Shown here: in pieces, positions 27,898 to 39,941 of the stretch
Numbering within the stretch: the first letter of the stretch is position 1
Layout of the letters: the number at the start of each line of letters is the position of its first letter
Assembly: GCA_965248835.1 (NCBI GenBank)
Contig: CBDFLJ010000001.1
Location: 992,001 to 1,056,000 of the forward strand
Length of the DNA stretch: 64,000 nucleotides
Origin: Alphaproteobacteria bacterium
Lineage (GTDB): Bacteria > Pseudomonadota > Alphaproteobacteria > MPNO01
Direction: 5' to 3'
Position numbers and translations under genes: made by a program
Notes under the pieces: generated by a model
What the model saw: only the letters and a program-made list of their open reading frames with translations
What the model was told of the DNA's origin: nothing
Databases searched by the model: none

Positions 27898-29313
27898 CTA
27901 GGCCAACCCGTCGTCGTCCTGGTCGGCACCGGGTTCGGCGGCCGGCAGGCTGACCCGGAAGGTGCTGCCGGCGCCGGGCGTGCTTTCGATATTCAGCCGG
28001 CCGCGGTGACGGCCGATGATGTGCTTGACGATGGCGAGCCCGAGGCCGGTGCCGCCGAGTTCGCGCGAGCGCGCGGTGTCGACCCGGTAGAACCGCTCGG
28101 TCAGCCGGCCCAGGTGCTCCGCAGCGATCCCCTCGCCCTCGTCGCTAATGGCCACGACCATGGCCTCGGCGCCGTCAAGCCGGCCCGGCGCGACCGTCAC
28201 CCCGACCTTGGATCCCTCGCGGCCATACTTGATCGCATTGTCGATCAGGTTCTGGAAGAGCTGGATCAGCTCGTCCCGGTCGCCGATGACCGCGCCGACG
28301 CCGCGCGCGCCGTCGATCTCGATGGTCATGCCGCGCGAGCGGGCGGCGAATTGCAGCGCGTCGCGCACATTGTCGAGCACCGCGGGCAGAGCGACGGCGG
28401 CCGAATGGGCCTGGTGCTCGTTGAGCTCGATCTTCGACAGGGACAAGAGGTCGGCGACCAGCCTGGCCATCCGCTCGGCCTGCTCCTCCATCATCTCCAG
28501 GAACCGCTTCTGGGCCTCGATGTCTTCACGGGCCGGACCACGCAGGGTCTGGATGCAGCCCAGCAGCACCGACAGCGGCGTGCGCAGCTCGTGGCTCGCA
28601 TTGGCGATGAAATCCGAGCGCGCGCGCTCGATCCGCCGGGTGTCGGTGACGTTGGAGACCTCGATCACCGCGCGCGTGCCGTCGGGCGCGGCCTCGGCGA
28701 GGCCGACGATGCGGGCCGACAGCGCCACGTCCGACGCCGGTCCGCCGATAAAATCGATCTCCTCGGTCCGGCCGGTGCCGATGACCCGCTCGGCCGCCTC
28801 GAGGATGCCGGGATCGCGCAGCACGCTGGCCAGGTCGCTGCCCACCGGATTGCTCCCGAAATCGGTGTCGATACCGCTTGCCGCGCGCACGATCCGCCGC
28901 TCGCCGTCGATCGCGATCACCGGGTTGGGCAGGTGCTCGACCAGGCTCTCCAGGGAGCGGTGGCGGACCAGGAGCTGGTGGTGTTGGCGGTACAGGCGGG
29001 TCGCCGCGTCGGTCAAGGCGGCCGCGATCGGCCGGGTGATCAAGGGCGAATCGATGTGCAGCCGCCCGGGCTCGGCGCGCGCGACAACCTCGTCGTTCAT
29101 GTCGTTGAGCCCGTCGGCCAGCCTGGCGAGCGCGTGGAAATGGTGCCGGATCGGCCACCACAGCGGGACGATGATCGCCAGCGCACCCAGCAGGCCCGCT
29201 TCGGGCGCGAGCAGCCCGGTGACCACCAGGACGAACAGGACCGCGAATCCGGGCCACGCGACGGCTGCGATGCCGAAGAAAATCAACCGTGCCGGAACCA
29301 GTCGGTGGGCCAT
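27898..29313 (-). CDS. PhoR-like sensor histidine kinase
   Basis: N-terminal TM helices; PAS-like region; [15 protein letters not shown]-box; [14 protein letters not shown] and [19 protein letters not shown]. Confidence 0.9.
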   Translation of the reverse strand: MAHRLVPARLIFFGIAAVAWPGFAVLFVLVVTGLLAPEAGLLGALAIIVPLWWPIRHHFHALARLADGLNDMNDEVVARAEPGRLHIDSPLITRPIAAALTDAATRLYRQHHQLLVRHRSLESLVEHLPNPVIAIDGERRIVRAASGIDTDFGSNPVGSDLASVLRDPGILEAAERVIGTGRTEEIDFIGGPASDVALSARIVGLAEAAPDGTRAVIEVSNVTDTRRIERARSDFIANASHELRTPLSVLLGCIQTLRGPAREDIEAQKRFLEMMEEQAERMARLVADLLSLSKIELNEHQAHSAAVALPAVLDNVRDALQFAARSRGMTIEIDGARGVGAVIGDRDELIQLFQNLIDNAIKYGREGSKVGVTVAPGRLDGAEAMVVAISDEGEGIAAEHLGRLTERFYRVDTARSRELGGTGLGLAIVKHIIGRHRGRLNIESTPGAGSTFRVSLPAAEPGADQDDDGLA

Positions 29314-29425
29314 CGTCCCGTCATCGCCCTCGGAAAATCCGGCGCGCGGCGAGACTATCAACTCGCCGCGGCGGCGCCAACCGCCGGTGCTGGCTGGCGC
29401 GGCCGGCGCCGTGCTACCGTGGGCC

Positions 29426-32083
29426 ATGCCCACCCGCCCCGCCGAGCGCCCGGGCACGCCCGCGCCGACGCCGATGATGATGCAATACCGGGCCGCCAAG
29501 GAGGCCAGCCCGGGCTGTCTGCTGTTCTTCCGGATGGGGGATTTTTACGAGCTGTTCTTCGAGGATGCGGTCGCCGCCGCGGCGGCGCTCGACATCACGC
29601 TTACCCGACGGGGCCGCCACCAGGGCGAGGATATCCCGATGTGCGGCGTGCCGGTTCACGCCGCGGACGGATACTTGCAGCGCCTGATCCGCAAGGGTTT
29701 CCGGGTCGCGGTCTGCGAACAGACCGAGGATCCGGCCGAATCCCGCAAGCGCGGCAAAACACTCGTCTCGCGCGAGATCGTCCGGGTCATCACCCCCGGC
29801 ACCCTCACCGAAGAGACGCTGCTCGATGCCCGCAGCCACAACTATCTGGCCGGCCTTGCCGAGGCCGAGGGCGCGTTGGGGCTTGCCTGGCTCGACGTCT
29901 CCACCGGTGAGTTCCAAAGCCAGGAGATTGCCGAGGCAGCGCTGCCCGAAGCCCTGGCCCGCATCGACCCGGGCGAGTTGATCCTGTCCGACCGCCTGCT
30001 TGCCCGGACGGCGGTCGGCCAGGCGCTGTCGGGCTGGAACGGGATGCCGACGCCGCGGCCGGCCGGCCGGTTCGACAGCGAATCGGCGCGCCGCCGGCTG
30101 CAGGATCACTATGGCGTACGGTCGTTGGACGGCTTCGGGGCCTTTACCCGGGCCGAGATCGCGGCCTGCGGGGCGGTGCTCGACTATGTCGCGCTGACCC
30201 AGCAGGGCCGGATGCCGCGGCTCGACCCGCCGACCCGGCTTACGGCCGGCGCGCGGATGGAGATCGACGCGGCGAGCCGGCGCAACCTGGAGATCGACCG
30301 CTCGATCTCGGGCGAGCGCGGCGGGTCTCTGCTCGGCGTGATCGACCTCACCGTGACCGGGGCGGGAGCGCGTGCGCTGGCGGCGCGGATCGCAGCACCG
30401 CTGACCGGGACCGATCAAATCCGCGACCGCCAGGACGCGCTGGACTTCCTGCGCCGGGACGCCGGCCTGCGCGGGGCGGTCCGCGAGCGGCTCGGCCGCT
30501 GCCCGGATCTCGCGCGGTCGCTCAGCCGGCTGACGCTGGGCCGCGGCGGTCCGCGCGACCTGGCGGCGGTCCGCGATGCGCTGGCGTGCTGCGAAGACCT
30601 GGCCGGGCTCCTTGGTGCGGCCGAAGCGCCGCTGGCGCGCGACCTGGCGGCCGCTTCCGCTTGCCTGTCAGGCCATGCGGATCTGTTCGACGGGCTGTCC
30701 GGGGCGCTGGGCGAGGATCTGCCGTTGCTCGCCCGCGACGGCGGGTTCGTTGCTAAAGGTTACGACGCCGCGCTCGATGAGCTGCGCGCGCTGCGCGACG
30801 ACAGCCGCCGGCTGATCGCCGACCTCCAGGCGCGCTATGCCGCGGAGACCGGGATCGCCTCGCTCAAGGTCCGCCACAACAACGTGGTCGGCTATTTCGT
30901 CGAGGTGACCGCGGCCAATGCCGCACGCATTCCCGAGGATGGACGGTTCATCCACCGCCAGACCATGGTCAATGCCAAGCGCTTCACCACCGTCGAGCTC
31001 GCCGACCTGGAGGAGCGCCTGGCCACCGCATCGGACAAGGCCTTGGAGCGCGAGCTCGAGATCTTCGATGCGTTGAGCTTGTCGGTCGTCGCCGCGGCCG
31101 AGCCGGTCGCCGCGGCCGCTTCCGCCCTGGGCGAGATCGATGTCGCCGCCGCACTTGCCGAGCTTGCCGTCGAGCGCCGCTATGTCCGTCCGCTGGTCGA
31201 CGATAGCGCTGCCTTCGAAATCGTCGGCGGGCGTCATCCGGTGGTCGAGGTGTTCCTCGAGCGCGACGGTGCGGCCCAGTTCGTCCCCAATGACTGCGAT
31301 CTGCGGGCCGACCAGAGGCTCTGGCTGGTGACGGGGCCGAACATGGCCGGGAAATCGACGTTCCTGCGCCAGAACGCGCTGATCGCCATCCTGGCGCAGA
31401 TCGGCGCCTTCGTCCCGGCCGACAGCGCCCATATCGGCGTCGTAGACCGCCTGTTTTCCCGGGTCGGCGCGTCCGACGACCTGGCGCGCGGACGGTCGAC
31501 CTTCATGGTCGAGATGGTCGAGACCGCGGCGATCCTCAACCGCGCGGGGCCGCGCTCGCTGGTGATCCTCGACGAGATCGGCCGCGGCACGGCGACCTTC
31601 GACGGGCTGTCGATCGCCTGGGCGACGCTGGAGCACCTGCACGAGATCAATAGCGCCCGCGCCCTGTTTGCCACCCATTTCCACGAGCTGACCGCGCTGA
31701 CCGGCCGGCTCGACGCGCTGCGATGCGCAACGATGCGGGTCAAGGAATGGGGTCAGGAGATCGTTTTTCTCCACGAAGTCGTTGCCGGCGCCGCCAACCA
31801 GTCCTACGGGATCCACGTCGCGCGGCTTGCAGGCCTGCCGGGCCAGGCGCTCGACCGCGCCGAGGAGGTGCTGGAGACCCTGGAGAAAGGCGAACAGTCG
31901 GGCGCGCTCGCCAGGCTTGCCGACGACCTGCCGCTGTTCGCCGCCGCACCGCCGCCCGCACCGCCCAGCCCTTCGCTTGCCGAGACGATGCTGGCCGGGA
32001 TAAACCCCGACGATCTGTCGCCCCGCGAGGCGCTCGAATTCCTCTACAAGATGCGCGCGGCGCTCGACGGCGCGACATCCTGA
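29426..32083 (+). CDS. mutS: DNA mismatch repair protein MutS
   Basis: [41 protein letters not shown] and ATHFHE motifs. Confidence 0.98.
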   Translation: MPTRPAERPGTPAPTPMMMQYRAAKEASPGCLLFFRMGDFYELFFEDAVAAAAALDITLTRRGRHQGEDIPMCGVPVHAADGYLQRLIRKGFRVAVCEQTEDPAESRKRGKTLVSREIVRVITPGTLTEETLLDARSHNYLAGLAEAEGALGLAWLDVSTGEFQSQEIAEAALPEALARIDPGELILSDRLLARTAVGQALSGWNGMPTPRPAGRFDSESARRRLQDHYGVRSLDGFGAFTRAEIAACGAVLDYVALTQQGRMPRLDPPTRLTAGARMEIDAASRRNLEIDRSISGERGGSLLGVIDLTVTGAGARALAARIAAPLTGTDQIRDRQDALDFLRRDAGLRGAVRERLGRCPDLARSLSRLTLGRGGPRDLAAVRDALACCEDLAGLLGAAEAPLARDLAAASACLSGHADLFDGLSGALGEDLPLLARDGGFVAKGYDAALDELRALRDDSRRLIADLQARYAAETGIASLKVRHNNVVGYFVEVTAANAARIPEDGRFIHRQTMVNAKRFTTVELADLEERLATASDKALERELEIFDALSLSVVAAAEPVAAAASALGEIDVAAALAELAVERRYVRPLVDDSAAFEIVGGRHPVVEVFLERDGAAQFVPNDCDLRADQRLWLVTGPNMAGKSTFLRQNALIAILAQIGAFVPADSAHIGVVDRLFSRVGASDDLARGRSTFMVEMVETAAILNRAGPRSLVILDEIGRGTATFDGLSIAWATLEHLHEINSARALFATHFHELTALTGRLDALRCATMRVKEWGQEIVFLHEVVAGAANQSYGIHVARLAGLPGQALDRAEEVLETLEKGEQSGALARLADDLPLFAAAPPPAPPSPSLAETMLAGINPDDLSPREALEFLYKMRAALDGATS

Positions 32084-32144
32084 CCGATCCGCCGCCGCAT
32101 CCGATTCCCGGTTCGGTCAATCCGAATGGCGCTATAGTCCGCCC

Positions 32145-34934
32145 ATGGCTTCGATCCCCAGACAGCGCGCGATCCTCGACCGGGCCGCGCTCAATGCGGC
32201 CCTGGATGACGTGATCCTGGCCGCGCGCTCGGCGGCGTCGTGCCGGGCGGAGCTCCTGGGCGTGCTCAAGGATGCCCACGGTCGGGGCGATGCCGAGATC
32301 CGCCGCCGCTTTGACGCCGAGGAGGCCTCGGGTGAGGATACGGTGCGCGCCCGATCCTTCCTGATCGATCAGCTCATACGGGCGATCTACGATCTGGCGG
32401 CGCAACGGGTCTACCCGGCGGCTAACCCGACTTCGGCCGAGCACCAGTGCCTGACCGCGGTCGGCGGCTACGGCAGGGGCGAGTTGGCGCCCCACTCCGA
32501 CATCGATCTGCTGTTCCTGGTGCCCTACAAGCCGACGCCGCGGGCCGAGCAGGTCCCGGAGTACGTGCTCTACATGCTCTGGGATCTGGGCCTGAAGGTC
32601 GGCCACGCCACCCGCTCGATCCCGGACTGCATCCGCCTGTCCAAAGCCGATCAGACCATCTGCACCGCGATCCTGGAGACCCGCTACATCTGGGGCGAGA
32701 AGGCGCTCTACAACGACCTGCGCGAGCGCTTTCGCAGCCAGGTCGTGGCCGGCTCGCAGACCCAGTTCGTCGAAGCCAAGCTCGCCGAGCGCGACCAGCG
32801 CCATCACCGCATGGGCGATTCACGCTACGTGCTGGAGCCCAACATCAAGTACGGCAAGGGCGGGATGCGCGACCTCCAGACCATGTTCTGGATCGCCAAG
32901 TACCTCTACCGCGTCGATGACGCCGCGGGCCTGGTCCGGCACAACGTGCTCACCCAGGCAGAGGCGGCCGGCTTCGACAGGGCGCAGCGTTTCTTCTGGA
33001 ACGTGCGCTGCCATCTTCACTACCTCACCGGGCGCGGCGAGGACCGCCTGACCTTTGACTACCAGGCCGAGATCGGCGAACGGCTCGGCTACCGGAACCG
33101 TGCCGGAAGCCGCGGCGTCGAGCGGTTCATGAAGCACTACTACCTGACCGCGAAAGGCGTCGGAGACCTGACCCGGATCTTCTGCGCGGCGCTGGAGGCC
33201 GAGCACACCAAGCGACCGCGGTTCGCTTTGCCCCGGCTGGGCCGCGTCCAGCGCGTCGGCGAACGGCTGACCGTCGAGAGCGGCCGGCTGGCGCTCGCCA
33301 AGCCCAACAAGTTCGCCGACCGGCCGGTCGATATCCTGCGCCTGTTCCATGCCGCCCAGGAACACGAGCTCGACGTCCATCCCCGGCCGTTGCGCTCGGT
33401 GACCCGCAACTTGCGGCTGGTCGACGGCCTGCGCGAGGATCCGGAAGCCAACCGGCTGTTCCTGGAGATGCTCACTTCGGAAAAGGATCCGGAGACGACG
33501 CTGAGACGGCTCAACGAGGCCGGGGTGTTCGGCCGGTTCATCCCGGACTTCGGCCGGATCGTCGCCCAGATGCAGCACGACATGTATCACGTCTATACCG
33601 TCGATGAGCACACCATCATGGCGATCGGGATCCTGCGCGGCATCGAGGCCGGCAGGTTCGCCGAGCAGATGCCGATCGCAACCGAGGTGGTCAAGACCGT
33701 CCACTCCAGGCGCGCGCTCTATATGGCGGTCCTGCTGCACGACATTGCCAAAGGCCGCGGCGGCGACCATTCGGTCATCGGCGAGCAGATCGCCCTGCGG
33801 CTGTGCCCGCGAGTGGGGCTGAGCGAGGAGGAGACCGAGACGACGGCCTGGCTGGTGCGCCAGCACCTGGTGATGTCGAACACCGCCTTCCGGCGCGACA
33901 TCAACGATCCGCAGACGATCGCCGATTTCGTCGAGACGGTCCGCTCGCTTGAACGGCTGCGGCTGCTGCTGGTGCTGACGGTGGCCGATATCCGTGCGGT
34001 GGGCCCCGGCGTCTGGACGGCGTGGAAGGCGGCGCTGTTGCGCGACCTCTACCGCGCCGCCGAGGAGATCCTGACCGGCGGCTTCGCGGCCGAGGGCGGA
34101 GAGCACAGGATCGCCGAGGCCAAGGACGCGCTGCGCACGGCGCTCGGCGATTTCCCGCCCGAGGATATCGAGGACCACATCGCGCGCGCCAATCCCGCCT
34201 ATTGGCTGTCGTTTTCCGCCGAGGCCCACGTCCGCCACGCGCGGCTCGTCCGCCGCGCGCGCGCCCAGGACAAGCCGCTGGCGATAGAGACCCGGATCGA
34301 CCGGTACCGCGGCGTGACCGAGATCACGCTGTGCGCGGCCGACCAGGCCGGGCTGTTTTCCCAGATTGCCGGGGCGCTTTCGATCTGCGGGGCGAACATC
34401 GTCGATGCCAAGATCGTCACCATGACCGACGGCATGGCACTGGATACCTTCTGGGTGGAGGACCGCAACGGCGGCCCGGTCACCCGGTCCGACCGGCTGG
34501 AACGGATTTCCGCGACCATTGAACGCACGCTCGCCGGCGACGGCGGGCTGCGGGAAGAGATCGGGCGGCTGATGCGCAACGAGCACCGCGGCCGCGAGCG
34601 GGTCTTCGACGTCGCCCCCCGGGTGATCATCGACAACGCCGCCAGCCGGACCCACACGGTCGTTGAGGTCAACGGCCGGGATCGGCCGGGCCTGCTGTTT
34701 GCGCTGACCCGGGCGCTGACCGCTCAGAACGTCCAGATCGCCAGCGCTCAGATCGCCACCTATGGCGAGAGCGCGGTCGATGTCTTCTACATCAAGGACG
34801 TCTTCGGGCTGAAGATCGCCCGCGAGGCCAAGCGTGCACAGATCCGTGCCGCGCTGCTGGACGCGCTTTCGTCATTCGCCGCGCCTGCGGCGCAGGGCGA
34901 TATGCCGGCGGTTGCATCGAGGCGCGCCTCGTAA
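32145..34934 (+). CDS. glnD: [Protein-PII] uridylyltransferase/uridylyl-removing enzyme
   Basis: AVGGYGRGELAPHSDIDL, YTVDEH and LLHDIAKG motifs; two ACT domains. Confidence 0.97.
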   Translation: MASIPRQRAILDRAALNAALDDVILAARSAASCRAELLGVLKDAHGRGDAEIRRRFDAEEASGEDTVRARSFLIDQLIRAIYDLAAQRVYPAANPTSAEHQCLTAVGGYGRGELAPHSDIDLLFLVPYKPTPRAEQVPEYVLYMLWDLGLKVGHATRSIPDCIRLSKADQTICTAILETRYIWGEKALYNDLRERFRSQVVAGSQTQFVEAKLAERDQRHHRMGDSRYVLEPNIKYGKGGMRDLQTMFWIAKYLYRVDDAAGLVRHNVLTQAEAAGFDRAQRFFWNVRCHLHYLTGRGEDRLTFDYQAEIGERLGYRNRAGSRGVERFMKHYYLTAKGVGDLTRIFCAALEAEHTKRPRFALPRLGRVQRVGERLTVESGRLALAKPNKFADRPVDILRLFHAAQEHELDVHPRPLRSVTRNLRLVDGLREDPEANRLFLEMLTSEKDPETTLRRLNEAGVFGRFIPDFGRIVAQMQHDMYHVYTVDEHTIMAIGILRGIEAGRFAEQMPIATEVVKTVHSRRALYMAVLLHDIAKGRGGDHSVIGEQIALRLCPRVGLSEEETETTAWLVRQHLVMSNTAFRRDINDPQTIADFVETVRSLERLRLLLVLTVADIRAVGPGVWTAWKAALLRDLYRAAEEILTGGFAAEGGEHRIAEAKDALRTALGDFPPEDIEDHIARANPAYWLSFSAEAHVRHARLVRRARAQDKPLAIETRIDRYRGVTEITLCAADQAGLFSQIAGALSICGANIVDAKIVTMTDGMALDTFWVEDRNGGPVTRSDRLERISATIERTLAGDGGLREEIGRLMRNEHRGRERVFDVAPRVIIDNAASRTHTVVEVNGRDRPGLLFALTRALTAQNVQIASAQIATYGESAVDVFYIKDVFGLKIAREAKRAQIRAALLDALSSFAAPAAQGDMPAVASRRAS

Positions 34935-34962
34935 TCCGGCCAGGAACTGCTATTTAAGCCGC

Positions 34963-36513
34963 ATGCGCCTGCTGAGCTCGATCGCGACCGTCGGCGGCTA
35001 CACCATGGTGAGCCGGGTCCTCGGCTTCGCGCGCGACATCCTGATCGCCGCCACGCTGGGCGCGGGTCCGGTGGCGGACGCGTTCTTCGTCGCCTTCAAG
35101 CTGCCGAATTTCTTCCGGCGCCTGTTCGCCGAGGGCGCGTTCGCCGCGGCTTTCGTGCCGCTGTTCACCGGCGTGCTGACCGACGAAGGGCTGGACGCCG
35201 CCCGCCGATTCGGCGCACAGGTCCTTGCGGTCCTGGCCGCGGCGCTGTTGGTGTTCTGCACGGCCATGCAGATCGCGATGCCCTGGGCGATGCATGTCTT
35301 CGCGCCGGGCTTCGCAGAAGATCCGGCGAAGTTCGCACTCGCCGTCGAGCTGGCGCGGATCACCTTTCCCTATCTCCTGTTCGTCTCGCTGGTCTCGCAG
35401 TTGAGCGGCATCCTCAATGCGCTCGGACGCTTCGCGGCGGCCGCGGCGGCCCCGATCCTGCTCAACATCACCCTGATCGTCATGCTCCTCGCGGCCACGC
35501 CGTATCTGGAGACCCCCGGCCACGCCCTCGCCTGGGGGGTGTGCGCCGCCGGGCTCATCCAGTTCCTGTGGCTGATCGAGGCCTGCCGGCGCCAGGGCAT
35601 GCGGTTCCATCTGCCGCGGCCGCGGCTCAACCCACGGGTCAGGCAGCTCCTGATGCGGATCCTGCCGGGCGCCGTCGGTGCCGGCGTGGTCCAGATCAAC
35701 CTGATGATCGGCACCATCCTCGCATCGCTCCTGCCGACCGGAGCGGTCTCCTACCTCTATTACGCCGACCGGGTCTACCAGCTTCCGTTGGGCGTGATCG
35801 GGGTGGCTGTGGGCACCGCGCTGCTGCCGCTGCTGTCGCGCCAGATCCGCGCCGGGGAGTTTGAGGCCGGCATGGCCAGCGTCAACCGCGCGGTCGAGTT
35901 CGCGCTGCTCTTGACCCTGCCGGCCGCGGCCGCGCTGATCGTGATCCCGGGCCCGATCATCGCCGTGCTGTTCGAGCGCGGCGCCTTCGATGCCGCGGAC
36001 AGCGCCGCGACCGCCAATACCCTGATGGCCTTCGCCCTGGGGGTGCCGGCTTTCGTGCTGGTCAAGGTGCTGGCGCCGGGGTTCTTCGCCCGCGAGGACG
36101 TGATCACCCCGGTCAAGGTGGCCGCGGTCGCGGTCGCGGCCAACATCGTGCTCAGCATTGTCCTGCTGCGGCCGCTGGAGCATGTCGGGCTGGCGCTGGC
36201 GACCTCGGCCGCCTCGTGGATCAACGCGGCCCTGCTTTGGCTCATCCTGGCCCGGCGCGGCCATTTCACCATCGACGCGCGGCTCAGGACCAGGGTGGTG
36301 CGGATGGGGCTGGCGACGATCGGCATGGTGGGCGGGCTTGCCGCGAGCCTCGCCGGCGTGGCCACCATGGTCGCCGCCGGCGGGCTGGAGCGCGCCGCGG
36401 CACTGGTCCTTCTGGTGCTTGCCGGCATTGCGTGCTACGGCGCCCTTGCGGTGCTTGCCGGGGCCGCCGGGCTCAAGGAGATGCGCCGATCGATGACCCG
36501 GCGCGGGGCTTGA
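34963..36513 (+). CDS. murJ: Lipid II flippase MurJ
   Basis: [31 protein letters not shown] and [12 protein letters not shown] motifs. Confidence 0.97.
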   Translation: MRLLSSIATVGGYTMVSRVLGFARDILIAATLGAGPVADAFFVAFKLPNFFRRLFAEGAFAAAFVPLFTGVLTDEGLDAARRFGAQVLAVLAAALLVFCTAMQIAMPWAMHVFAPGFAEDPAKFALAVELARITFPYLLFVSLVSQLSGILNALGRFAAAAAAPILLNITLIVMLLAATPYLETPGHALAWGVCAAGLIQFLWLIEACRRQGMRFHLPRPRLNPRVRQLLMRILPGAVGAGVVQINLMIGTILASLLPTGAVSYLYYADRVYQLPLGVIGVAVGTALLPLLSRQIRAGEFEAGMASVNRAVEFALLLTLPAAAALIVIPGPIIAVLFERGAFDAADSAATANTLMAFALGVPAFVLVKVLAPGFFAREDVITPVKVAAVAVAANIVLSIVLLRPLEHVGLALATSAASWINAALLWLILARRGHFTIDARLRTRVVRMGLATIGMVGGLAASLAGVATMVAAGGLERAAALVLLVLAGIACYGALAVLAGAAGLKEMRRSMTRRGA

Positions 36514-36577
36514 CCCCTCAAGGCGTTGGGAGGATAACCCGGCCGCACCCCGCCTGGTGCGGGCTGGAGCATCTGAC

Positions 36578-37576
36578 TTGAGCCGAATCTTCTCCGGCGT
36601 GCAGCCGTCGGGCAACCTGCACCTGGGCAACTATCTGGGCGCGATCCGCAACTTCGTCCGGCTGCAGGAGTCCTACGACTGCATCTACTGCGTCGTCGAT
36701 TTGCACGCGATCACGGTCTGGCAGGATCCCGCGGATCTGGTCCGCAGCACCCGGGAATGCGCGGCCACCTTTATCGCCGCGGGCATCGATCCGCAGCGCA
36801 GCATCATCTTCAACCAGTCCCGCGTGGCCGCCCACGCCGGGCTCGCCTGGATCTTCAACTGCACCGCCAGGCTCGGCTGGCTCAACCGGATGACCCAGTT
36901 CAAGGAAAAGGCGGGCAAGCACCGCGAGAATGCCTCCGTCGGTCTGTACGTCTACCCAACCCTGATGGCCGCGGACATCCTGGCCTACCGGGCGACCCAC
37001 GTGCCGGTAGGCGAGGACCAGAAGCAGCATCTCGAGCTTGCCCGCGATATCGCCCAGAAGTTCAACCACGATTTCGGAAAGGACTTCTTCCCGATCATCG
37101 AGCCGCTGATCCTGGGCGAGGCGACGAAGGTGATGAGCCTGCGCGACGGGACGGTGAAGATGAGCAAGTCCGACCCGTCCGATGCCTCGCGCATCAACCT
37201 GTCCGATCAGGCCGATGCGATCGCCCGCAAGATCCGGCGCGCGCGCACCGACTCCGAGCCGCTGCCCGACAGCCAGGCGGGCCTCGCCGGCCGGCCGGAG
37301 GCGGCGAACCTGGTCGGCATCTTTGCGGCGCTTGCCGAGCGCAGCGTCGCCGAAGTGCTGGCCGAGTACGGCGGCAGGGGGTTCGCCGACTTCAAGGGCG
37401 CGTTGAGCGACCTGGCGGTCGAGACCCTGGCGCCGATCGGTGCCGAGTTGACCCGGCTCAACGCCGATCCGGCCTATGTGGACCAGGTGCTCACCGCCGG
37501 CGCCGAGCGCGCGCGCGCCGTCGCCGACCCGGTGCTCGAAGAGGTCCATCGCATCGTCGGCCTGCTGTCCGCATGA
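36578..37576 (+). CDS. trpS: Tryptophan--tRNA ligase
   Basis: [33 protein letters not shown] and KMSKS motifs; TTG start inferred. Confidence 0.98.
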   Translation: MSRIFSGVQPSGNLHLGNYLGAIRNFVRLQESYDCIYCVVDLHAITVWQDPADLVRSTRECAATFIAAGIDPQRSIIFNQSRVAAHAGLAWIFNCTARLGWLNRMTQFKEKAGKHRENASVGLYVYPTLMAADILAYRATHVPVGEDQKQHLELARDIAQKFNHDFGKDFFPIIEPLILGEATKVMSLRDGTVKMSKSDPSDASRINLSDQADAIARKIRRARTDSEPLPDSQAGLAGRPEAANLVGIFAALAERSVAEVLAEYGGRGFADFKGALSDLAVETLAPIGAELTRLNADPAYVDQVLTAGAERARAVADPVLEEVHRIVGLLSA

Positions 37577-37599
37577 CCGGATCACCCTGAGACCCAGGC

Positions 37600-38523
37600 A
37601 TGCAGATCTACCTGCCGATCGCCGAGATGTCCGTCAACGTGCTGCTGCTGCTCGGGCTCGGCGGCGGCGTCGGCTTCCTGTCGGGCCTGTTTGGCGTGGG
37701 CGGCGGGTTTCTGATGACCCCGCTGCTGATCTTCATCGGCGTGCCGCCAGCGGTGGCGGTCGCCACCGAGGCGAACCAGGTCGTCGCGGCGTCGGTTTCC
37801 GGCGCGCTGGCCCATTGGCGGCGCGGCAACGTCGACGTCAAGATGGGCCTGGTGCTGCTGGCCGGCGGCTTCGTCGGCTCCTCGCTGGGGGTGTGGCTGT
37901 TCACCTTCCTGCGCGGGCTGGGCCAGATCGACTTCGCGATCTCGCTGTCCTATGTCGTCTTCCTCGGCATCGTCGGCGCGCTGATGGTCGTGGAGAGCGC
38001 GCGCGCCTGGTTGCGCGCCCGCCGGCCATCGGCCCCGCCGCGCAAGCTGCACCAGCACACCTGGGTTCACGGTCTGCCGCTCAAGATGCGGTTCCGCGCC
38101 TCCAAGCTTTATGTCAGCTCGCTGCTGCCGTTCTCGGTCGGGCTGTTCGTCGGCGTGCTGGCCGCGATCATGGGTGTCGGCGGTGGGTTCGTGATGGTGC
38201 CGGCGATGATCTATCTGATCGGCATGCCGACCTCGATCGTCGTCGGCACCTCGCTGTTCCAGATCGTGTTCGTGACCGCCAACGTGACCTTCCTGCAGGC
38301 GTTCAACAACCAGACCGTGGACATCGTGCTGGCGCTGTTCCTGCTGATCGGCGGCGTGATCGGCGCCCAGATCGGCGCCCGCTTCTCGGCCAAGCTGCGC
38401 GGCGAGCAGCTTCGGATCCTGCTCGGGTTGATCGTGTTGGCGGTCTGCGTGCGGGTCGCATACGGCCTGGTAGCCACGCCGGACGATTTGTTCAGCCTGG
38501 GCGCGGTGGGGACGGTCCGATGA
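37600..38523 (+). CDS. TauE/SafE-family membrane protein
   Basis: MQIYLPIAE start; two G.GGGF..P repeats. Confidence 0.92.
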   Translation: MQIYLPIAEMSVNVLLLLGLGGGVGFLSGLFGVGGGFLMTPLLIFIGVPPAVAVATEANQVVAASVSGALAHWRRGNVDVKMGLVLLAGGFVGSSLGVWLFTFLRGLGQIDFAISLSYVVFLGIVGALMVVESARAWLRARRPSAPPRKLHQHTWVHGLPLKMRFRASKLYVSSLLPFSVGLFVGVLAAIMGVGGGFVMVPAMIYLIGMPTSIVVGTSLFQIVFVTANVTFLQAFNNQTVDIVLALFLLIGGVIGAQIGARFSAKLRGEQLRILLGLIVLAVCVRVAYGLVATPDDLFSLGAVGTVR

Positions 38524-39272
38524 GCGCCGCAGCACAGACTTGCGTTGCCGCCCTCGCGTTGGGCCTGATATGCGCGACCGGCGGGCCGGCGGCAGCGGCC
38601 AAAACGCTGGTCGCGGATCTGTCGAGCCATGAGATCGCGATCACCACGGGGTTCTCCGGCACCAAGCTGCTGCTGTTCGGCGCCAAGGACCCGGGCGGCG
38701 ATGTGGTGGTGGTGATCCGCGGGCCGGCCCGCGACGAGAGGGTCCGCCGGCGCGTGCGGATCGCCGGGATGTGGGTCAACGGCGCCTCGATGGTCTTCCC
38801 CGGCCTGCCGGCCTTCTACCATGTGGCCGCGACGAGGCCGCTGGAGGCGGTGGCGCCGCAGGCCGTGCTGGCGGACCGCCGGATCGGAGTCGACCGCCTC
38901 GCCCTGCCGGCGGCCGCCAATGCGACCGGAGACACCGCGCTGGTCTATCGCAAGGCGTTGATCCGCAACAAGACCCGCCAGCAGCTTTATGCCTACGACC
39001 CGACGGGGATCAAGGTCATCGGCGACCGGCTCTTCCGGACCGCCGTGATCTTCCCCGCCAACGTCCCTACCGGGCCATACCGGGTCGAGGTCTTCCTGTT
39101 CGACCAGGGCCGCGAGGTCGGCCGGCGCGAGTCCACACTGGTCGTGCGCAAGGTCGGCATCGAGGCAAGCGTGTTCAACCTCGCCCACCAGCAGTCGGCG
39201 CTATACGGGGCGGCCGCGATCCTGATCGCGCTGGGTTTCGGGTGGCTCGCCGGCGTCATATTCCGAATGTGA
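38520..39272 (+). CDS. Alphaproteobacterial conserved membrane protein (TIGR02186-like)
   Basis: LVADLS...IAITTGFSG..LLLFGA, FPANVPTG.Y and VRKVG.E motifs; C-terminal TM; overlaps the TauE gene stop. Confidence 0.85.
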   Translation: MSAAAQTCVAALALGLICATGGPAAAAKTLVADLSSHEIAITTGFSGTKLLLFGAKDPGGDVVVVIRGPARDERVRRRVRIAGMWVNGASMVFPGLPAFYHVAATRPLEAVAPQAVLADRRIGVDRLALPAAANATGDTALVYRKALIRNKTRQQLYAYDPTGIKVIGDRLFRTAVIFPANVPTGPYRVEVFLFDQGREVGRRESTLVVRKVGIEASVFNLAHQQSALYGAAAILIALGFGWLAGVIFRM

Positions 39273-39291
39273 CGAGATAGGGATAGCAGGC

Positions 39292-39801
39292 ATGAGCAAC
39301 CAGGTCGCTTCCCGGGATGCCAACGGCACCGCGCCACGTTCGGACCGGGTGTTCCTGTGCGTGATCGATTCCAGCGAGGAAGTCCATGTCGCGCTGCGCT
39401 TCGCGGCGCTCAGGGCACGGCGCTCGGGCGGGCGCATCGCGCTTCTCTACGTGATGGAGCCGGGCGACTTCCAGCACTGGATGTCGGTTGCCGAGAAAAT
39501 GCGCGAGGAACGCCGCGAAGAGGCCGAGCAGGTGCTGCAGACCCACGCCGCGGAGGTCAGCGCGGTCACCGGCCAGACGCCGACTCTGTACGTGCGCGAA
39601 GGCAGCCCGCGGGACGTGATCCTCGCTCTGATCGAGGAAGAACCCTCGATCTCGATCCTCGTCCTGGGTGCGGGCACCGGCAGCAAGGGCCCCGGCCCGC
39701 TGGTGTCCTCGCTCGCCGGCAGGCTGTCGGGCCGGTTCCCGATCCCGATCACCGTGGTGCCGGGCAACCTCACCGACGAGCAGCTCGACGGGCTCGCATA
39801 G
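39292..39801 (+). CDS. Universal stress protein
   Basis: FLCVIDSS.E...ALRFA, ILVLGA, GPGPLVS and IPITVVPG motifs. Confidence 0.92.
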   Translation: MSNQVASRDANGTAPRSDRVFLCVIDSSEEVHVALRFAALRARRSGGRIALLYVMEPGDFQHWMSVAEKMREERREEAEQVLQTHAAEVSAVTGQTPTLYVREGSPRDVILALIEEEPSISILVLGAGTGSKGPGPLVSSLAGRLSGRFPIPITVVPGNLTDEQLDGLA

Positions 39802-39941
39802 GCCGCCGCAGGCGCGTTGACAGCCGGCTTGGAGGCAAGCATCCTCGCGGCCAGGCGACGGTAGTCCTTGATGGGGGACGCGACTTGGCGTTGCGGGGCA
39901 AGGTGACCGCCGTCGGGGCTTTGCCGGCCGCGGCAGTCGCA

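Noticed and set aside
28148-29425. 1311-aa MutS with a long N-terminal extension
   Set aside because: The extension is the antisense of the PhoR-like kinase; MutS homology begins at TPMMMQY near 29470.
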